Counted from the whole stretch's first letter, positions 1 to 12,836 are shown. The stretch: DNA of 63,693 nucleotides, filler included, from Olpidium bornovanus S191 (GCA_017911155.1; 30 parts of 30 records of this genome joined end to end with filler, not necessarily neighbours in it); one strand, 5' to 3'. The notes: generated by a model not told the origin, from the letters alone. Numbers and translations are program-made.

Positions 1-1275
1 CATGCGTCGAAGATCACACCGGCTTCGACAGCCCCCGCCACCGAGTCAGCCTGTGACGGTGGACAACTCTTCGATGGCTACGACGATGAATCGAGCGTTT
101 TTCCTGCGCCAAGCGCCGAAAACCGAAAGCAGCTCCAACAATTACAGTGACGGCGACGAAAGGTTCTTTGCGGCCCCTGAGCCAGACGAACTCGGAGGAG
201 TGGGATCACCACAACCAGGTACGCCGGTGGAATCGCCTCTCATAAACGCGGGTAACAATCTTGCAACGTGTGTGGGTTGGACAGAGGTGGAATGACTCGC
301 GAGTAAACCTTACCTCAGAGGCGTTTTTGGATGGGTCTTTTCGTTAATCCCTTTAAGGGGATTTTCGACGGTACAAAAACCTTTACGATCTCGGTTTTGT
401 CTAACCACCTTAGAACAACTAAAAAAGAGGGATTGGTTCGGGTGGAGCCGAAGATACGGTGAACGGGACATATCTGCCTTCGTAAAAAGAAGCTTCGGGC
501 AAATCACGGGGAAAAATTTTGCCCATGGCAACGGGAGGCAACATAAAGGATAACTATATACCCCTCTGGTGCTTTTCGCGCATCCTCCAATACCCTTCCC
601 ATGGTGAGCGCAGAGCATCGAAGACATCAGTCACAACAAGTAGACCATCTTCGACACGCTCTTTGATGCCGTCGCAGATGGAACCTCGCCGCTCGGCATG
701 CATACCTGCGCAAAACGGCGGCATCCGCCACACTTCGTGTCCCTCCACGTGCATCCAAACGCACAGTCGGCGGCACGACAAGGGAATGCGCTCCTTGCCG
801 GTGAGCAACCGCATGACTTGAGCTCGTACGACAAGGCTGTTTTTATACATTGGGCGCTCTATAGGTGGTTTGCATTGGGAGGGAAATTTGAATACAAAAA
901 AATCCCGCTTTGGGACAAGTGGACGCGTTGTATGCGGGCCGGTGTTGATAGGGAATGCAAAAAATAACGAAGAAGCAAGCTCTACATGTCTGAGAAAAAA
1001 AATTCCGGCCCTGTCCGAAAACGAACGCAATTTGACTTCTGTCACTTAAGCCCGATTGAATAAAGATGGCCCCAATCTATTAAAGGCGTATCATTGCACA
1101 ACTACATGTACTTCCTTTTTCGGCTTGGATGCGCTGGATACTCGTCGTTAAGGGAGTCCGCGGCATGCGCAGAGGTCGTCAATACTGCAAACAATCCAGA
1201 GAAAAAAGGGACAAAAAAACACTACTTACTTACTTTTTTAACACGCGGGATGATGGGATCTTTGAGGCAACCCAA

Positions 1276-1490
1276 CGCCCACACCCCGAGGCCGCCCGCA
1301 ACCCTCCTCGGCACCCTGCGCAGCGCAAAGCATACGCGAAGGCTGGACACCGCCTCGGGACCCTGATCTTGCGGAGGCTAACCACATCGTCCATATACGC
1401 CGAGGTCGCCAACCCTCTCCTCGGCGCCCCGCGCTGCATTAATGCATGCACGCGTAGGCTGGACACCGCCTCCCTACGGGACCGGCGAGC
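1276..1490. repeat. Two degenerate tandem copies of a ~110-120 bp unit
   Basis: ccgagg.cgcc...ctcctcggc.ccc.gcgc...acgcg.aggctggacaccgcctc occurs at about 1285-1355 and 1400-1472. Confidence 0.8.
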
Positions 1491-1694
1491 GTCAGTGTTG
1501 AAAAAATAAATGCAAAAAAAAGATCAATAAAAAAAAATAAATCTCTCAATCAACGCGTGTGCAGTTCCCTTTTGGAGGATCTAGTGAGCGCTGGAAGTGA
1601 TGTTAGTGTCGGCGGGACGACAAAAAAAAAACACGACGACGCACCACCACATTTCCACAACGCCCGCCCAAGCTGGAACCGGTCTGCTTGAACT

Positions 1695-1860
1695 ATGTTA
1701 CCGTGCTCCTGCGGGGCAGCATGTGCCATGTTACCATGCCCTCTCTTTTACTCGATCAGCATGTGCATGTTACCATGATCCCGCTTTCTCGATCTGCTAA
1801 CTTATGTTACCATGCTCCCGCTTATCATTCCGGGCAGCATGTGCCATGATACCATGCCCC
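1695..1860. repeat. Degenerate 33-42 bp tandem repeat, 5 units, core atgttaccatg
   Basis: Core at 1695, 1728, 1767, 1804 and 1846, often preceded by cagcatgtgc. Confidence 0.8.
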
Positions 1861-2199
1861 TTCCGGCCTGCATGTACCTTGTCTGATACATGCATCCGAC
1901 CTCGCCCACCACATCTATATACCCCCCCACTCTCCAAACAATCAAAAAACCAAAAAAGAAAGGTACTTAGCTTGCCATACTGCGTCCGCGGCGAGGTCAT
2001 AAATTTGGAAAATACTTGGGCGGAGAACCTAATAAACCGAGGCGGCGGCGCGAACCGAAGAGAGGCGGCGGCACAAAACGAATAGACGCGGGGGCGTGAA
2101 ATGAACAGAGGCGGAGGAACAAGACGAACGGAGGCGGGAGTCGCGCAACGAGCATAGGCGGTGGCGTCGCGGTTTTCTGAGAGCATGAAAAACCTACTG

Positions 2200-2479
2200 G
2201 AAAAAAACGGCCGCAATATAATATCGTTCTCGCCAAGACGTTCAGAAGCTAAAAATGGGATTGGGTCTAAGAAGGAAAAGGTTTTGTCAGGGGGGACCCC
2301 TATTAGCGACGTGGCCCCGCACGATGGGATCTTGTGCGTGGTGTTGGCGGAAGGTGTAAACCCGTCCGGAGACTGACTCCCATTTAAAGCGGTGCAACAG
2401 GAATGTGCAAGCTGAATATGCCCACGCGGAGAAACTTTGTAATGCCAGCCCTCTTCGACCCATTGCATCAAGCTCCATG
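2200..2479 (-). pseudogene. Possible decayed Ty3/Gypsy gag-protease remnant
   Basis: MELDA (gag C-terminal-like) in one frame; TALNGSQS and GENDIILRPFF in another loosely resemble the D(S/T)G and D.ILG.PF motifs of retroviral proteases. Weak. Confidence 0.25.
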
Positions 2480-2684
2480 NNNNNNNNNNNNNNNNNNNNN
2501 NNNNNNNNNNNNNNNNNNNNNNNTTAATTAATTAANNNNNNNNNNNNNNNNNNNNNNNNNNNNNNNNNNNNNNNNNNNNCATGCCGGCAACCGGCGGTAT
2601 AGGAAGCCGGACACAAATCACTTACAGAACCTGCGTGGAATGGAAATGACGAAGTCAGACGCGGTGAGAGTGCGAGGTGATTAC

Positions 2685-3940
2685 ATTTCTTCAGAACGCA
2701 AACCTCGCGAAGTCGAAACTCACTTGTCAGATTTCAACTTTTCTCGACGATCCAGCATCGCCTCGTTGAGCTTACCCTCTCGCTTAGCTTTCTTTAGCTC
2801 CCGGACGTCACCGGCGTCCGTCCTTCGCACTGAATTCCAACTTTGGTATCTCCGCCTACCCAAACAAGTTGGACAAAAAATTAGGCCAACATCCCAGATA
2901 TGCACCTCGACATGGTTGCTTGCCCGAACTCATGCCCGGCGGGTGTAACAACCCGCTGAGTATCGGGGTCCGCAATTGGCCTAGGAAACAGTGCTCCTTC
3001 CCCACATACAATTGGTCCAGCTCCAGCTCCCCGGCCTCTCGCTCCTTCTTTTTGGTTTCTTTTCTTGACTTATTCACAACCTCCGCCAGGCACTTTATCC
3101 GGAACACCTGACGAAAGCCGACCGTGTCGCTGTCGCAGCGCAGCGTGGAGCCGCCATCCTCGTCCGCGGCCAGGAATGTCTGGTACGCCACGTTCTGTAA
3201 CGCCCAGCCGTCATCACGCAGCGCTGGTAGCCACTCTTCCGGTGCCGACGCGGCCTGCCGTTGGCAGGACACCACACCGACCCGGTCCGTGCCGAGGAAG
3301 TGGCCATCGGCCGTCCGTAGTGCGATCGTCCCCGTGGTTGTTCCGGGGAATGGTGATGCGACGAAGACCTGGTTCACGTTCGCTGGTTCGGAAGCCGTAA
3401 TCTCACAGTCGATCGGCTCCAAGACTGGGACGTTGCCGTCCTTTTCTGACACTGCCAGACAGCACGGCGGATCGGAGTTGAAAAGAATGTGCAAGGAACC
3501 TGGGGCAACCCCCACCGCAGGCCGTCAGCATGTGTGCCGACAGCGAAAACCGCGGCCAAAAACGGCTTGGGACGAAACAGAACCAGATTCCTCCACGCCT
3601 GCCTTGAATGTCAGTAGGCCCAGTAGCCAAAATCCAACCTAGAACAGGGCAAAGAGACTGCAGCGTCAGCGTCGGACGCTCAGGCTGCAGCACGCCCGCG
3701 GCGGCAGCTTGCCTGCGGCCAAACGGGCCGTGAAGCCAAACAGCAGTACCGACCTGTTGGGGGTGCAAGAGTAGAAGCTCCCCCTTGCGCCGGCCCGTCC
3801 CCGGCGGGGTCTCCGGCTTCCGCGTCTTCCGCGCGGCGCCTTTTCCTCTTTGATTTCCTATCAAACCGCGCCAGCGGTACCCGCAAGCGGTTGACGAACG
3901 GAAGGAGTCGGCCGGTCGCGACGGAGGGGTAAACGGCCTG
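2685..3940 (-). CDS. FRG1: FRG1-family (fascin-like) protein, multi-exon; ends approximate
   Basis: Exons GWILATGPTDIQG; EPANVNQVFVA...TIALRTADGHFLGTDRVGVVSCQRQAASAPEEW; TLRCDSDTVGFRQVFRIKC; and C-terminal ELKKAKREGKLNEAMLDRREKLKSDK typical of FRG1. Confidence 0.88.
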
Positions 3941-4016
3941 CACTCGTCGGGCAGCGCGGGGGGCGCAGGAGGACCTCTCCTTTCGCCCTTACTGCGCTCT
4001 GCCTGCCCGCCCACTC

Positions 4017-4042
4017 GCGCTCTCTCTCTCTCTCTCTCGCTC

Positions 4043-4086
<44 letters not shown>

Positions 4087-4117
4087 TCTCTTTCTTTCTC
4101 TCTCTCTCTCTCTCTCT
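4017..4117. repeat. (CT)n microsatellite
   Basis: Visible CT dinucleotide run. Similar runs at about 29588-29618 and (GA)n at 32995-33042 inside the AMT intron. Confidence 0.95.
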
Positions 4118-4372
4118 CGCTGCTCGCGCGTGTACCGGCAGTGCGAGCAGGCTCACCTGTCGCCCTTGAACGACAGCCTCGATGCTCTGACGGTATACTC
4201 GGACATGGCGCGCGCCGCGGTGCCTTACTGGAGCGGAACGGGCGCGGTCGGCAGGAGAAAATTCCGCTTCGCCCCTCCGCGTATTTCCCCCGAAACCACC
4301 CAAGAAAGGACAAAAAAATTTTGAAAAGCATCCTCCACACGACGACAAAAACGTCCGGTGGCCGCGAGAACC

Positions 4373-5128
4373 ATGCCGCCTGCTGCAAAGGTGATCCTGC
4401 AAGACCCAGATCCCGCGGCACACCCCCTTCCACCCTTTCCTCCCCCCCCCCCTCCCTTTCTTCGTTCCCCCCCCCTTCCTCTCGTCTCCGCCTCCCGCGC
4501 CCCCTCCCCACCCCCCGGCAGCGGATTCAGAAATCCACCGCGGCCCCCGACCCCGCCGGGCTGGAACCAAACGATGCCGGGCGGTTCGCACAACTGATCC
4601 GACGCGCGTTACTCTGCGGTCTCGCCGCCCAAGGTTAACGTCGCCGACACAAACATCGCTCTGGTAACCTTGGATCGTGGAATCGGGCTTCTGCTTTTGC
4701 ATGTGCGCACGCGTTTTAACCAGCTGATGCTTTCCGCCGTCCGCGACTGCAAATCGAAACAGATCTCCTCAGAGGTAGGCACTCCGCCGCCGTTCCCAGA
4801 ACGGAATCGCTTTGGCGCCTTTCTGTCATTGTCGATCGGCAGGCGCACCGCCCTGATCTTGGATCGATCGACGGCCCTTAACCGGCGCGACCAGGTAGAC
4901 AAAGCGGCCCGCTCCGAAGCGGCAAAGACGGAACACGCCTGGGACGATGTCGGCAAAGAACCGTATGTCGTGGTGCCCTGTTAATGGCCCTGAGCGTGAT
5001 CTGTGGTAGGGCAGGGTTTGGATCGTTGCGGACAATTGAAACGGCCTCTTCCCAACCGCCCTCTAGTGGACTTCGCGTTTGGAGGATCGAAAACTTCAAG
5101 GTCGTGCCGGTCTCTAAAGAGACCCATG
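4373..5128 (+). CDS. Gelsolin/severin/fragmin-family actin-severing protein, 5' part
   Basis: Spliced MPPAAK|VNVADTNIAL|ISSE|VDKAARSEAAKTEHAWDDVGKEP|GLRVWRIENFKVVPVSKETH with GT-AG introns. WRIENFKVVPV is the gelsolin repeat-1 signature. Confidence 0.88.
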
Positions 5129-5596
5129 NNNNNNNNNNNNNNNNNNNNNNNNNNNNNNNNNNNNNNNNNNNNTTAATTAATTAANNNNNNNNNNNNNNNN
5201 NNNNNNNNNNNNNNNNNNNNNNNNNNNNGCCGGGGCGGGGCCCCCCCCCCCCCCCCCCCGAAGCCCGTCCCCGTCCCGCGGCGCGCGGAGAGAGAGAGAG
5301 GGGAGACATCCAGGTCAAAGCGCATCGGGGGCGCCGCTGCCGCCGAACGCGCGCCGCGCGGGTCAAAGCGCGGAACACGCTGCCGGGGGCGGGGGGGGGG
5401 GGGGGGGGGGGTCCCTGCCCGGGGACCGCTTTGCTTGCCTGTCGTCTGCCCACCGAACCGCCCCGCGCGGCCTGGGCGCAGAGCATCTGCTTGCCTCGAG
5501 TCGGCGGAGAGGGGGAAGGAAGGGGGAGGGGAGGGACGCCCTGGCGCTCCCCGCGCGCGCGCCGCCGAAGCTGCGAGCGAGGAGGACCCACGGAGG

Positions 5597-5633
<37 letters not shown>

Positions 5634-5950
5634 CGGCAGGGCCCCCCCGGGGCCCTGTAGCTTTACGGTTCGGGTCCGGCGCCAGCATTGTGGCCCCGTG
5701 CCTCGGGCAACCCACGCCAGAAAGTCGCCACACGTTGTGGGCGGTCAGAAAGAGGTTTTTTTTTTATCTCCGCTCCCAACAGGCGGGGACAGCTTTGCAG
5801 CCCCAAGCTCTGTTCCAAGGGGGGCCACAAGCGTTGTTTGCCCCGCTCGCACCCCGTTTCCGCTTTTTCCGAAACGGGTTTTTGTCTGTTCACCGACATT
5901 TCCCGGCGGCACCTTCTCTTCCTTTCCCGGTTTTACGTCGGCGCACCCAG

Positions 5951-6089
5951 GTGATCGTCCACCCGCTGGTGCTTCTTTCTGCCGTGGATCACTACAACCG
6001 CGTCGCGAGCAACACCAAGAAACGCGTCGTCGGCGTGCTGCTCGGGCGATGGATCGGCTCGACGGTGAACGTGGCGAATTCCTTTGCTG
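5951..6089 (+). CDS. RPN8: 26S proteasome lid subunit Rpn8/PSMD7, MPN-domain exon (fragment)
   Basis: [32 protein letters not shown]...VNVANSFA, flanked by cag and gtgagc. Confidence 0.93.
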
Positions 6090-6919
6090 GTGAGCCTTTT
6101 TTCGGCAGGAGGGGCGGAGGCCGGAACCGTACTCGGAATCACGGAATGTTCACTGCTTTTGGCATACTCGCCACGCTGCTTTCCCACCCGCCCCCCCCCC
6201 CCCCCCCCCCCCCCACCCCCCGCCGCGCCNNNNNNNNNNNNNNNNNNNNNNNNNNNNNNNNNNNNNNNNNNNNTTAATTAATTAANNNNNNNNNNNNNNN
6301 NNNNNNNNNNNNNNNNNNNNNNNNNNNNNCGCTACAGTTACCCTCCTTTCGGGGCCACCGCTCCAGTCTCCACCTACCCGCCCGTGGAGGTCCGCCGCGC
6401 GACAGAGACTCGGCTGGAGCATTCGTTCTGCGCCTTCGAATTCGTCATGAAGCACGTAAACTAGAACACTATGCGTATTATTGGCGCTCCCGCCCTCCCC
6501 CTCCCCCTTCCCCTTCCGACCTTTACCCCGCCGGCCACTCCCGCCCACTTCCCCGCAGTAGGCTGCTCTCTCCATCAACGCCTGCCTCGCCGGGCAGTCG
6601 CAACCAGCGGAGGAGCGTGTTGCGTGTGACCAGAGAGAAGAGCCGTGGTCTGCCGCGGCGTCAAGTGGAAGGGTACCTGCGCTAAGCTCGCGTCGGTCGT
6701 CCCGCGCTCGATCCGCCGGACAGCCCGACCTGTCTCCGGCGCGGTCGTCAGAGGTGGCGCTGGCCCGCCGCGACGCGAGCTCGTGGCCCACGCTGAGCCG
6801 GCCGCGAAGTCCCGCAGTGGTCGAACCGGCCCGTGTTCGACGTCGATTCCCGCATTTTCGTCAGTGAACTGCAGCTGCCAGTTAACGGTGGAAGCCCCGG
6901 GCAACTGCCCAGCATGTTG

Positions 6920-8602
6920 ATGCTCACGAAGGTAGCGGTTTCCTATTAGGTGTTGTGTGGAATCCGATTTCGGAAGAGTTTTGTCTCAGCAAAGGCGGGC
7001 TGCCATCGTTAAGTGGTGCTGTCGGATTTTGACCGCTTGTCTCGTTGCTCCAGTTCGAGTCCAAGAGCAATCGCGTGAAGGGGATTGCCTTCCATCACAA
7101 ACGTTCTTGGATTCTGGCTTCCCTCCACAATGGGTGCATCCAGCTTTGGGATTACCGAATGGGGGCATTGCTGGAACGCTTTGACGAACACGACGGTAGG
7201 GCATTGGCACCACCGATTTTGCCTTGTGGTTACGTGTTGTTGATGAACCGCTGAAAGTGTCCGGAGGGAAGAACGCAAGTTTGACAGGAGATCACTGCTT
7301 GTGCTCGTTATAAAGGGCCTGTGCGCGGAATCTCTTTCCACTGTTCTCAGCCTTTATTCGTTTCCGGCGGAGACGACTTCCGGATCAAAGTCTGGAACTA
7401 CAAGTCACGCCGCTGCCTTTTCACGTTAAACGGGCACTTGGACTACATAAGGACGGTCTACTTCCACCACGAGTGCCCGTGAGCGTTGCCGTCGCTGGAG
7501 AAAGGAGAGTTTGGGAGCACCTGGGATTTGATGTTAACGCGTCATGCTTTTGTGCTCAGTTGGATACTTAGTGCCTCAGACGATCAGACGATCAGAATTT
7601 GGAACTGGCAATCCCGAACATGTATCGCCATTCTTACTGGACACAACCACTACGTTATGTGTGCCCAATTCCATCCAAAAGAAGACCTTATTGTCTCCGC
7701 TTCGCTCGATCAGACCGTACGAATCTGGGACGTTACAGGTGAAAGACGATCAAACGTTTGGCGACGGAAAATCATTAGCGTATGCTTCTCTGATGGATGC
7801 TTCCGATTAAACAGGCCTGCGTAAGAAGCACGCGATGCCGCGGTCGTCAACCCACGTGGAACCGGCTGGTACAGTCGGCGGTCAAGCAGACCTCTTCGGT
7901 AACACCGACGCCGTTGTTAAATACGTGCTGGAGGGCCACGATAGGGGTGCCAACTGGGCGACTTTCCATCCGACCCAACCGCTGATCGTATCCGGAGCCG
8001 ATGACAGACAAGTGAAACTGTGGAGAATGAGCCGTGAGTTTGCACCGTTGGGCGGATACGCCGTGCGTAAACTTTCAAAAGATTAATGTATTACCGGGTG
8101 CTTTCAGAATCCAGAGCGTGGGAGCTAGACACTTGTAGAGGTCATTTCAACAATGTTTCGTCCGTTCTGTTCCACCCACGTCATGATCTCGTCATTTCAA
8201 ATTCGGAGGACAAGACAATACGGGTCTGGGATATGAATAAACGAACAGCCGTGCAGACGTTTAAAAGGGAACATGACCGATTCTGGATTCTCACCGCGCA
8301 TCCAACACTCAATCTGTTCGCTGCAGGTAAAAATTTTGCTAGACCAGTCACATACTCATTTCCTCCCTTACACGTGATTTTCATCCCAACGTTGCAGGGC
8401 ACGACAGCGGGCTTATCGTGTTTAAACTTGAGCGGGAGCGGCCTGCCTTTGCGGTGCACCAAAACCAGCTGGTTTACATCCGTGACAAGTCGCTGTACAA
8501 GTTTGACTTTGTATCCGGTCAAGATACATTTCTTACCACACTCAAGCGACTGCCACCGTACGAACAACCACGCAGCCTCTCGTACAATCCCGCAGAACAT
8601 GC
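6920..8602 (+). CDS. COP1: Coatomer alpha subunit, N-terminal WD40 region, truncated
   Basis: MLTK|[89 protein letters not shown]. Confidence 0.97.
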
Positions 8603-9008
8603 NNNNNNNNNNNNNNNNNNNNNNNNNNNNNNNNNNNNNNNNNNNNTTAATTAATTAANNNNNNNNNNNNNNNNNNNNNNNNNNNNNNNNNNNNNNNNNN
8701 NNCTTTCGAAAAAACGTTTCCGCTGTATTCAGAGTAGGTCGGGAAGAAGAAGGCAGAGATGGGCTATGTGTGCGCAGCGGGGAAAGGCCACGTGACTGTG
8801 CTTTTGGAATATGCCCTAACATGTTGTCGAGAACCACCCGAGCTTCGACGGAACCAAAGGGGGGGGGAGGCGTTTGGCACTTCTACCGAGAGGGGACGGG
8901 GTGGGGAAGGTCCGGTGCGCCTGGTCCCTGAGCGAGCGATCCTCGTGCGCGCGAGAGGGACGCATTCCCGCCCCGTTTGCCTTTCTCAGCAGCAGGTGGG
9001 GGCGCATT

Positions 9009-9083
<75 letters not shown>

Positions 9084-9606
9084 CGGGCCACACAGAATCA
9101 AACACACCGCTCGCATTATTTTCAGCAGCGCTTTTGGCGTGCGAAAACCGGCGAAATGTCCGCAGCTGGGCCCCCCCTCCCCCCCTTTCCCCCCACCTCC
9201 CCCCGCCCCCCGACCCGAGACCGAGACCTTTCTTTTCTTATGACGGCGGCGCGGCGGACGGAGAGGCGTTGAGGGAGCGGGGGCACGTGTCAAACTCTCT
9301 GCTTTCTCTCGCTCTCTCCATCTCCCTCCTCTCTCGCCTCTCTCACTCTCCGATGTCCCCCCCCCCCCCCCCCCCCTCCCCCCCCCCCCCGGCCCCCCCC
9401 CCCCCTCCCGGCCTCTCCTCTCCACCCTTTTTGTCACGCCGCGCGTGCTTGGGCATGTGCGCGGGGAGCAGCCCAGGAAAGGTGTCCCTTCCAGCGGGTG
9501 TCCCTTCCCCCCCCCCCCCCTGAATTCCATCCTCGGCAGCCGTCTCTCCCTTCCCCTCTTTGCCTTTTCGCAGCCGGGGCGCGGTGGGGAGGAGTTCCCG
9601 GCCCAC

Positions 9607-9960
9607 GCGATAGGAGGCCGCCGGACCGGAAAAAAAAAGAAAAAGAATAAACAAACGAAACAAAAAACCAAAACAGGGCCCCACGCCCCGCCCCCCCTCC
9701 CCCCCCCTTGCCCTTGTTTCCGGGCGGGCGGGGGGGGCCCAGGCCGGGCAGCCCTGGCCCAAGCGTGAACTGACACGAGCCCCCGCTTTCACCCCTTCCC
9801 CCCCCCCCCGGCCGGGGACGGCGGCGGGTGCGGCTGCGGCGTTTTTAGGGGGGGGGGGGGGGGGGGGGAGGGGGGGCGGGGCGTGGGGCCCTGTTTTGGT
9901 TTTTTGTTTCGTTTGTTTATTCTTTTTCTTTTTTTTTCCGGTCCGGCGGCCTCCTATCGC
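9607..9960. repeat. Near-perfect ~100-bp inverted repeat at a contig end (probable fold-back artefact)
   Basis: gcgataggaggccgccggaccggaaaa...gggccccacgcccc (9607-~9710) is the reverse complement of ~9860-9960, which ends at the gap. Confidence 0.9.
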
Positions 9961-10060
9961 NNNNNNNNNNNNNNNNNNNNNNNNNNNNNNNNNNNNNNNN
10001 NNNNTTAATTAATTAANNNNNNNNNNNNNNNNNNNNNNNNNNNNNNNNNNNNNNNNNNNN

Positions 10061-10905
10061 ACCGGTCACCTTTTCCGTCAGGTTAGCAGCCGTGCACCCG
10101 GAGCCCGCGGTCATATCGAGTACAAACTGTCCCAGAGTCCGGTAGCCGTCCTTCTCGAGTATTACCCCAGTTTCGTTCATGACGCGCACAATTGACTCCG
10201 CTAGCGGCCGCAGCTCCGAAGGCTCCATGGTCCGGACAATGGGTATGCTCGGGTGCTGGACCTCCCGGGAAATGGGAAGACCAAACAGCTGAGCCACGTC
10301 TGCAAGTCGTAGCGACTTTAAAAAAGCCGCGTCCAACTTGCTGTTTGTGATGTACATCGCTACGGTGCCGAACTGCATGGTCTCGAAAGCGCCCTGAATT
10401 CGGGTTAGATTTGAATTACACAGGTTATTTTCCGTACCAAATTGCGCGCCAGCCAAAGACAGCCAAAAGGGGATCGTACCCGCCCAGTGGCCTCGTGTAG
10501 CTCCGAGCGGTACCCACTCGCAAAGTTCAATAGACCAGTAATGGCGAACAGGGTGACCTCCTCTTCCACGCTGTTGAACTTGAGCGGGAGTATCATCGAA
10601 TTGCCATCACGCGCGCACTGCTTCCAAGTCGCCACGTCAAGGTTCTTAAGAAACTCCTTGATGGCATCGCCGTTCACCTTTGTGTGACGAACAAAGGTGG
10701 GAATCAGCTGTGGAACGCGCGGTAAAAACAAAACTCGACGACGGCCGGCCCTCCGCAACAGTGAACGGAGCGATTTCGGCTGGCGAAAGCCTTTCGACTC
10801 GGGAGGCGTGTTTCCCTCGTCGGGTTTTTGAGAAGAAAGGGGGCGGAGGTCGGTTTGAGCGTCGAAAGCAGGTCACGCTCGTGGGCCCTCACCGAGACCG
10901 GACAT
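10061..10905 (-). CDS. DUF2419/QNG1-like (queuosine salvage family) protein, 3'-truncated; start uncertain
   Basis: KVNGDAIKEFL...LPLKFNSVEEEVTLFAITGLLNFASGYRSELHEATGR|GAFETMQFG...ESIVRVMNETGVILEKDGYRTLGQF. Family assigned from memory of the LNF.SG motif and overall layout. Confidence 0.55.
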
Positions 10906-11168
10906 GCGGGGCTTTCCACGCAGCTCCGGCAGGATTTCCGGACGGCTTCGACATAATTTCCGGTGGGCAACGGCAAACTCGCCGGGATGGAGGACGCCGA
11001 CGGTGAAGGGAGCGTTGCTCCGATGCTCGGCATGGTTTCGGACTGAGGAGGCGGCGGGTGGCGGTGGCGGTTTAGGCGGCGGTTGGGGCGTGTTTCCCGG
11101 AGGCACGGATTTTTTTTTTTTTTTTTTTTTTCTCCTCCTGTTCCCGCACGCCGCCGCCAGAGAACTCG

Positions 11169-12399
11169 ATGTCGCTTCCGCAGTGGCGCCAATTCCAGTT
11201 CTTCACCGCCGTGCCCGTCGAGAGCGCCGCGGCCGGCGCGCTCAGGGAAGGAGAAGGGCTGAAGGGCGATAGGAACGACAGGGACGACGAGGAGGTGACC
11301 GCCGGGAGTGGTGAACTGGACGCCTTCGGATACCTGGTGCGTGCCGCAGCGACGGGTGCGCGTTGCGGCGCCTAACGGACCGCCGTGCCCAGCGCTCACG
11401 GTGGCGGCCGCCTGCTGTTGTCGGCGTTTCCCAGAAAGGAGACGTAACGGCCACGGTTGGGGGAAGGGGGTTCGTCACCTTTGCAGACGTGTCTGGCACC
11501 CTGCACCTTGTCGATAAGAACCTTGGAAAGACGTTTAGCTGGCGCGCGTATGTTGGCGCTGGCCGCATAACCCATCTCAAGCAGCTGAAGCAGCGGAACA
11601 TCCTCGTGTCAGTCGTTGTGAGTCCAGAACTCGATACCAAAGGCGTTTTGTGCCGTTGGACAATAGCTTCGTTGGAAGTTGCGGGAATTGGACTTCGCCG
11701 GACCTAGCCTGCCGGGTCGACCGCCTGCTGGCTTTTGCCGCCGCTCTGGCTTCGCGAAAGCCCCGCTATTGGCTTCCTGCTGAACCGTCTGATCAACCCC
11801 GCGCGACTGACATTGCAGGAAGAGGACTCGCTAATAGCTGGCAATGACAGTACCGTTTCCAATGCCGGAAACAATGTGCATATTCAGTTCTGGAATCTGG
11901 AAAAGACGCTTTCTGGATTGACGCGTTCGACCTGGTCGCCAGTATTGACACGCCCGCCTACCATCGTTCTGCCGTCCATCATTCGGACGGTGAAAGTTAC
12001 GCAGCCGCACCCGCTCAGCGCCGTCGCGGCCTTGGAATCTCTCACCCAGGTTGCTGTAGGCTTCGCCAACGGCACGATTGTCCTCTTTAGGGGTGACATG
12101 GTTCGTGACAGGAGCTTGAAGCAACGGATATACAAGGACGCAGACGAGCCGATTACTGGCAAGTTGTGGCCGTGTTGCTTCGGTCACTGTGGGATGATCA
12201 TCTTACTTTCGACATATTTGCGGGTGATGGCCCAGGATTGGGGTTTCGGGAACAGGGCAAGACCACCAGCCTGTTTGTCTCCACAACAAGTAAAATCTGG
12301 GTATACGACACTACAACGAACAAAGACATCAAAGTAAGCCGCGCCAAAGTCGCAACGAATGGTCCATTGCGTACGATGCTGCATATGGGAATGATCATG
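11169..12399 (+). CDS. VPS11: HOPS/CORVET subunit Vps11/Pep5, N-terminal part
   Basis: MSLPQWRQFQFF, ITHLKQLKQRNILVSV, QVAVGFANGTIVLFRGDMVRDR, EPITG|LGFRE. Head-to-head with the DUF2419 gene in the same contig. Confidence 0.93.
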
Positions 12400-12836
12400 N
12401 NNNNNNNNNNNNNNNNNNNNNNNNNNNNNNNNNNNNNNNNNNNTTAATTAATTAANNNNNNNNNNNNNNNNNNNNNNNNNNNNNNNNNNNNNNNNNNNNC
12501 TGGCCACCTCGGCAAACACAAAACGTATGATGCCCTAGCAAGGGTCTGCTTTTGGAAAAGCCGGTCAGTTGCCGTGAAGGAGTACGAACGGCGTCGGTGT
12601 TTTCATATGGATGCCATGCCCACGGGCTGAACGCACGCGCGCCGCGGAGTGGCGTGTGTGAGGGAAAGCGGGGGCGAGCGTGGGGGTGCGCCAGGTAGCG
12701 CCGCCCCCCCCCCCACCCTCCCCCCCACTCTTCACCGGAACAACCTCTTCGCCGGGGCAGAGCGCGTGACTGGGAGGAGGCGGAGGAGCACGGAACGAGA
12801 GAACGAGCAGACGCGCCCCGCGTGAACGAGGGAGGC

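Noticed and set aside
554-1045. 163-aa minus-strand ORF as a gene
   Set aside because: No recognisable motif or splice support; may be a TE remnant but cannot be supported.
2524-2535. TTAATTAATTAA repeated 29 times as a biological repeat or CRISPR-like array
   Set aside because: Always centred in an N-gap; it is an assembly spacer with stops in six frames.
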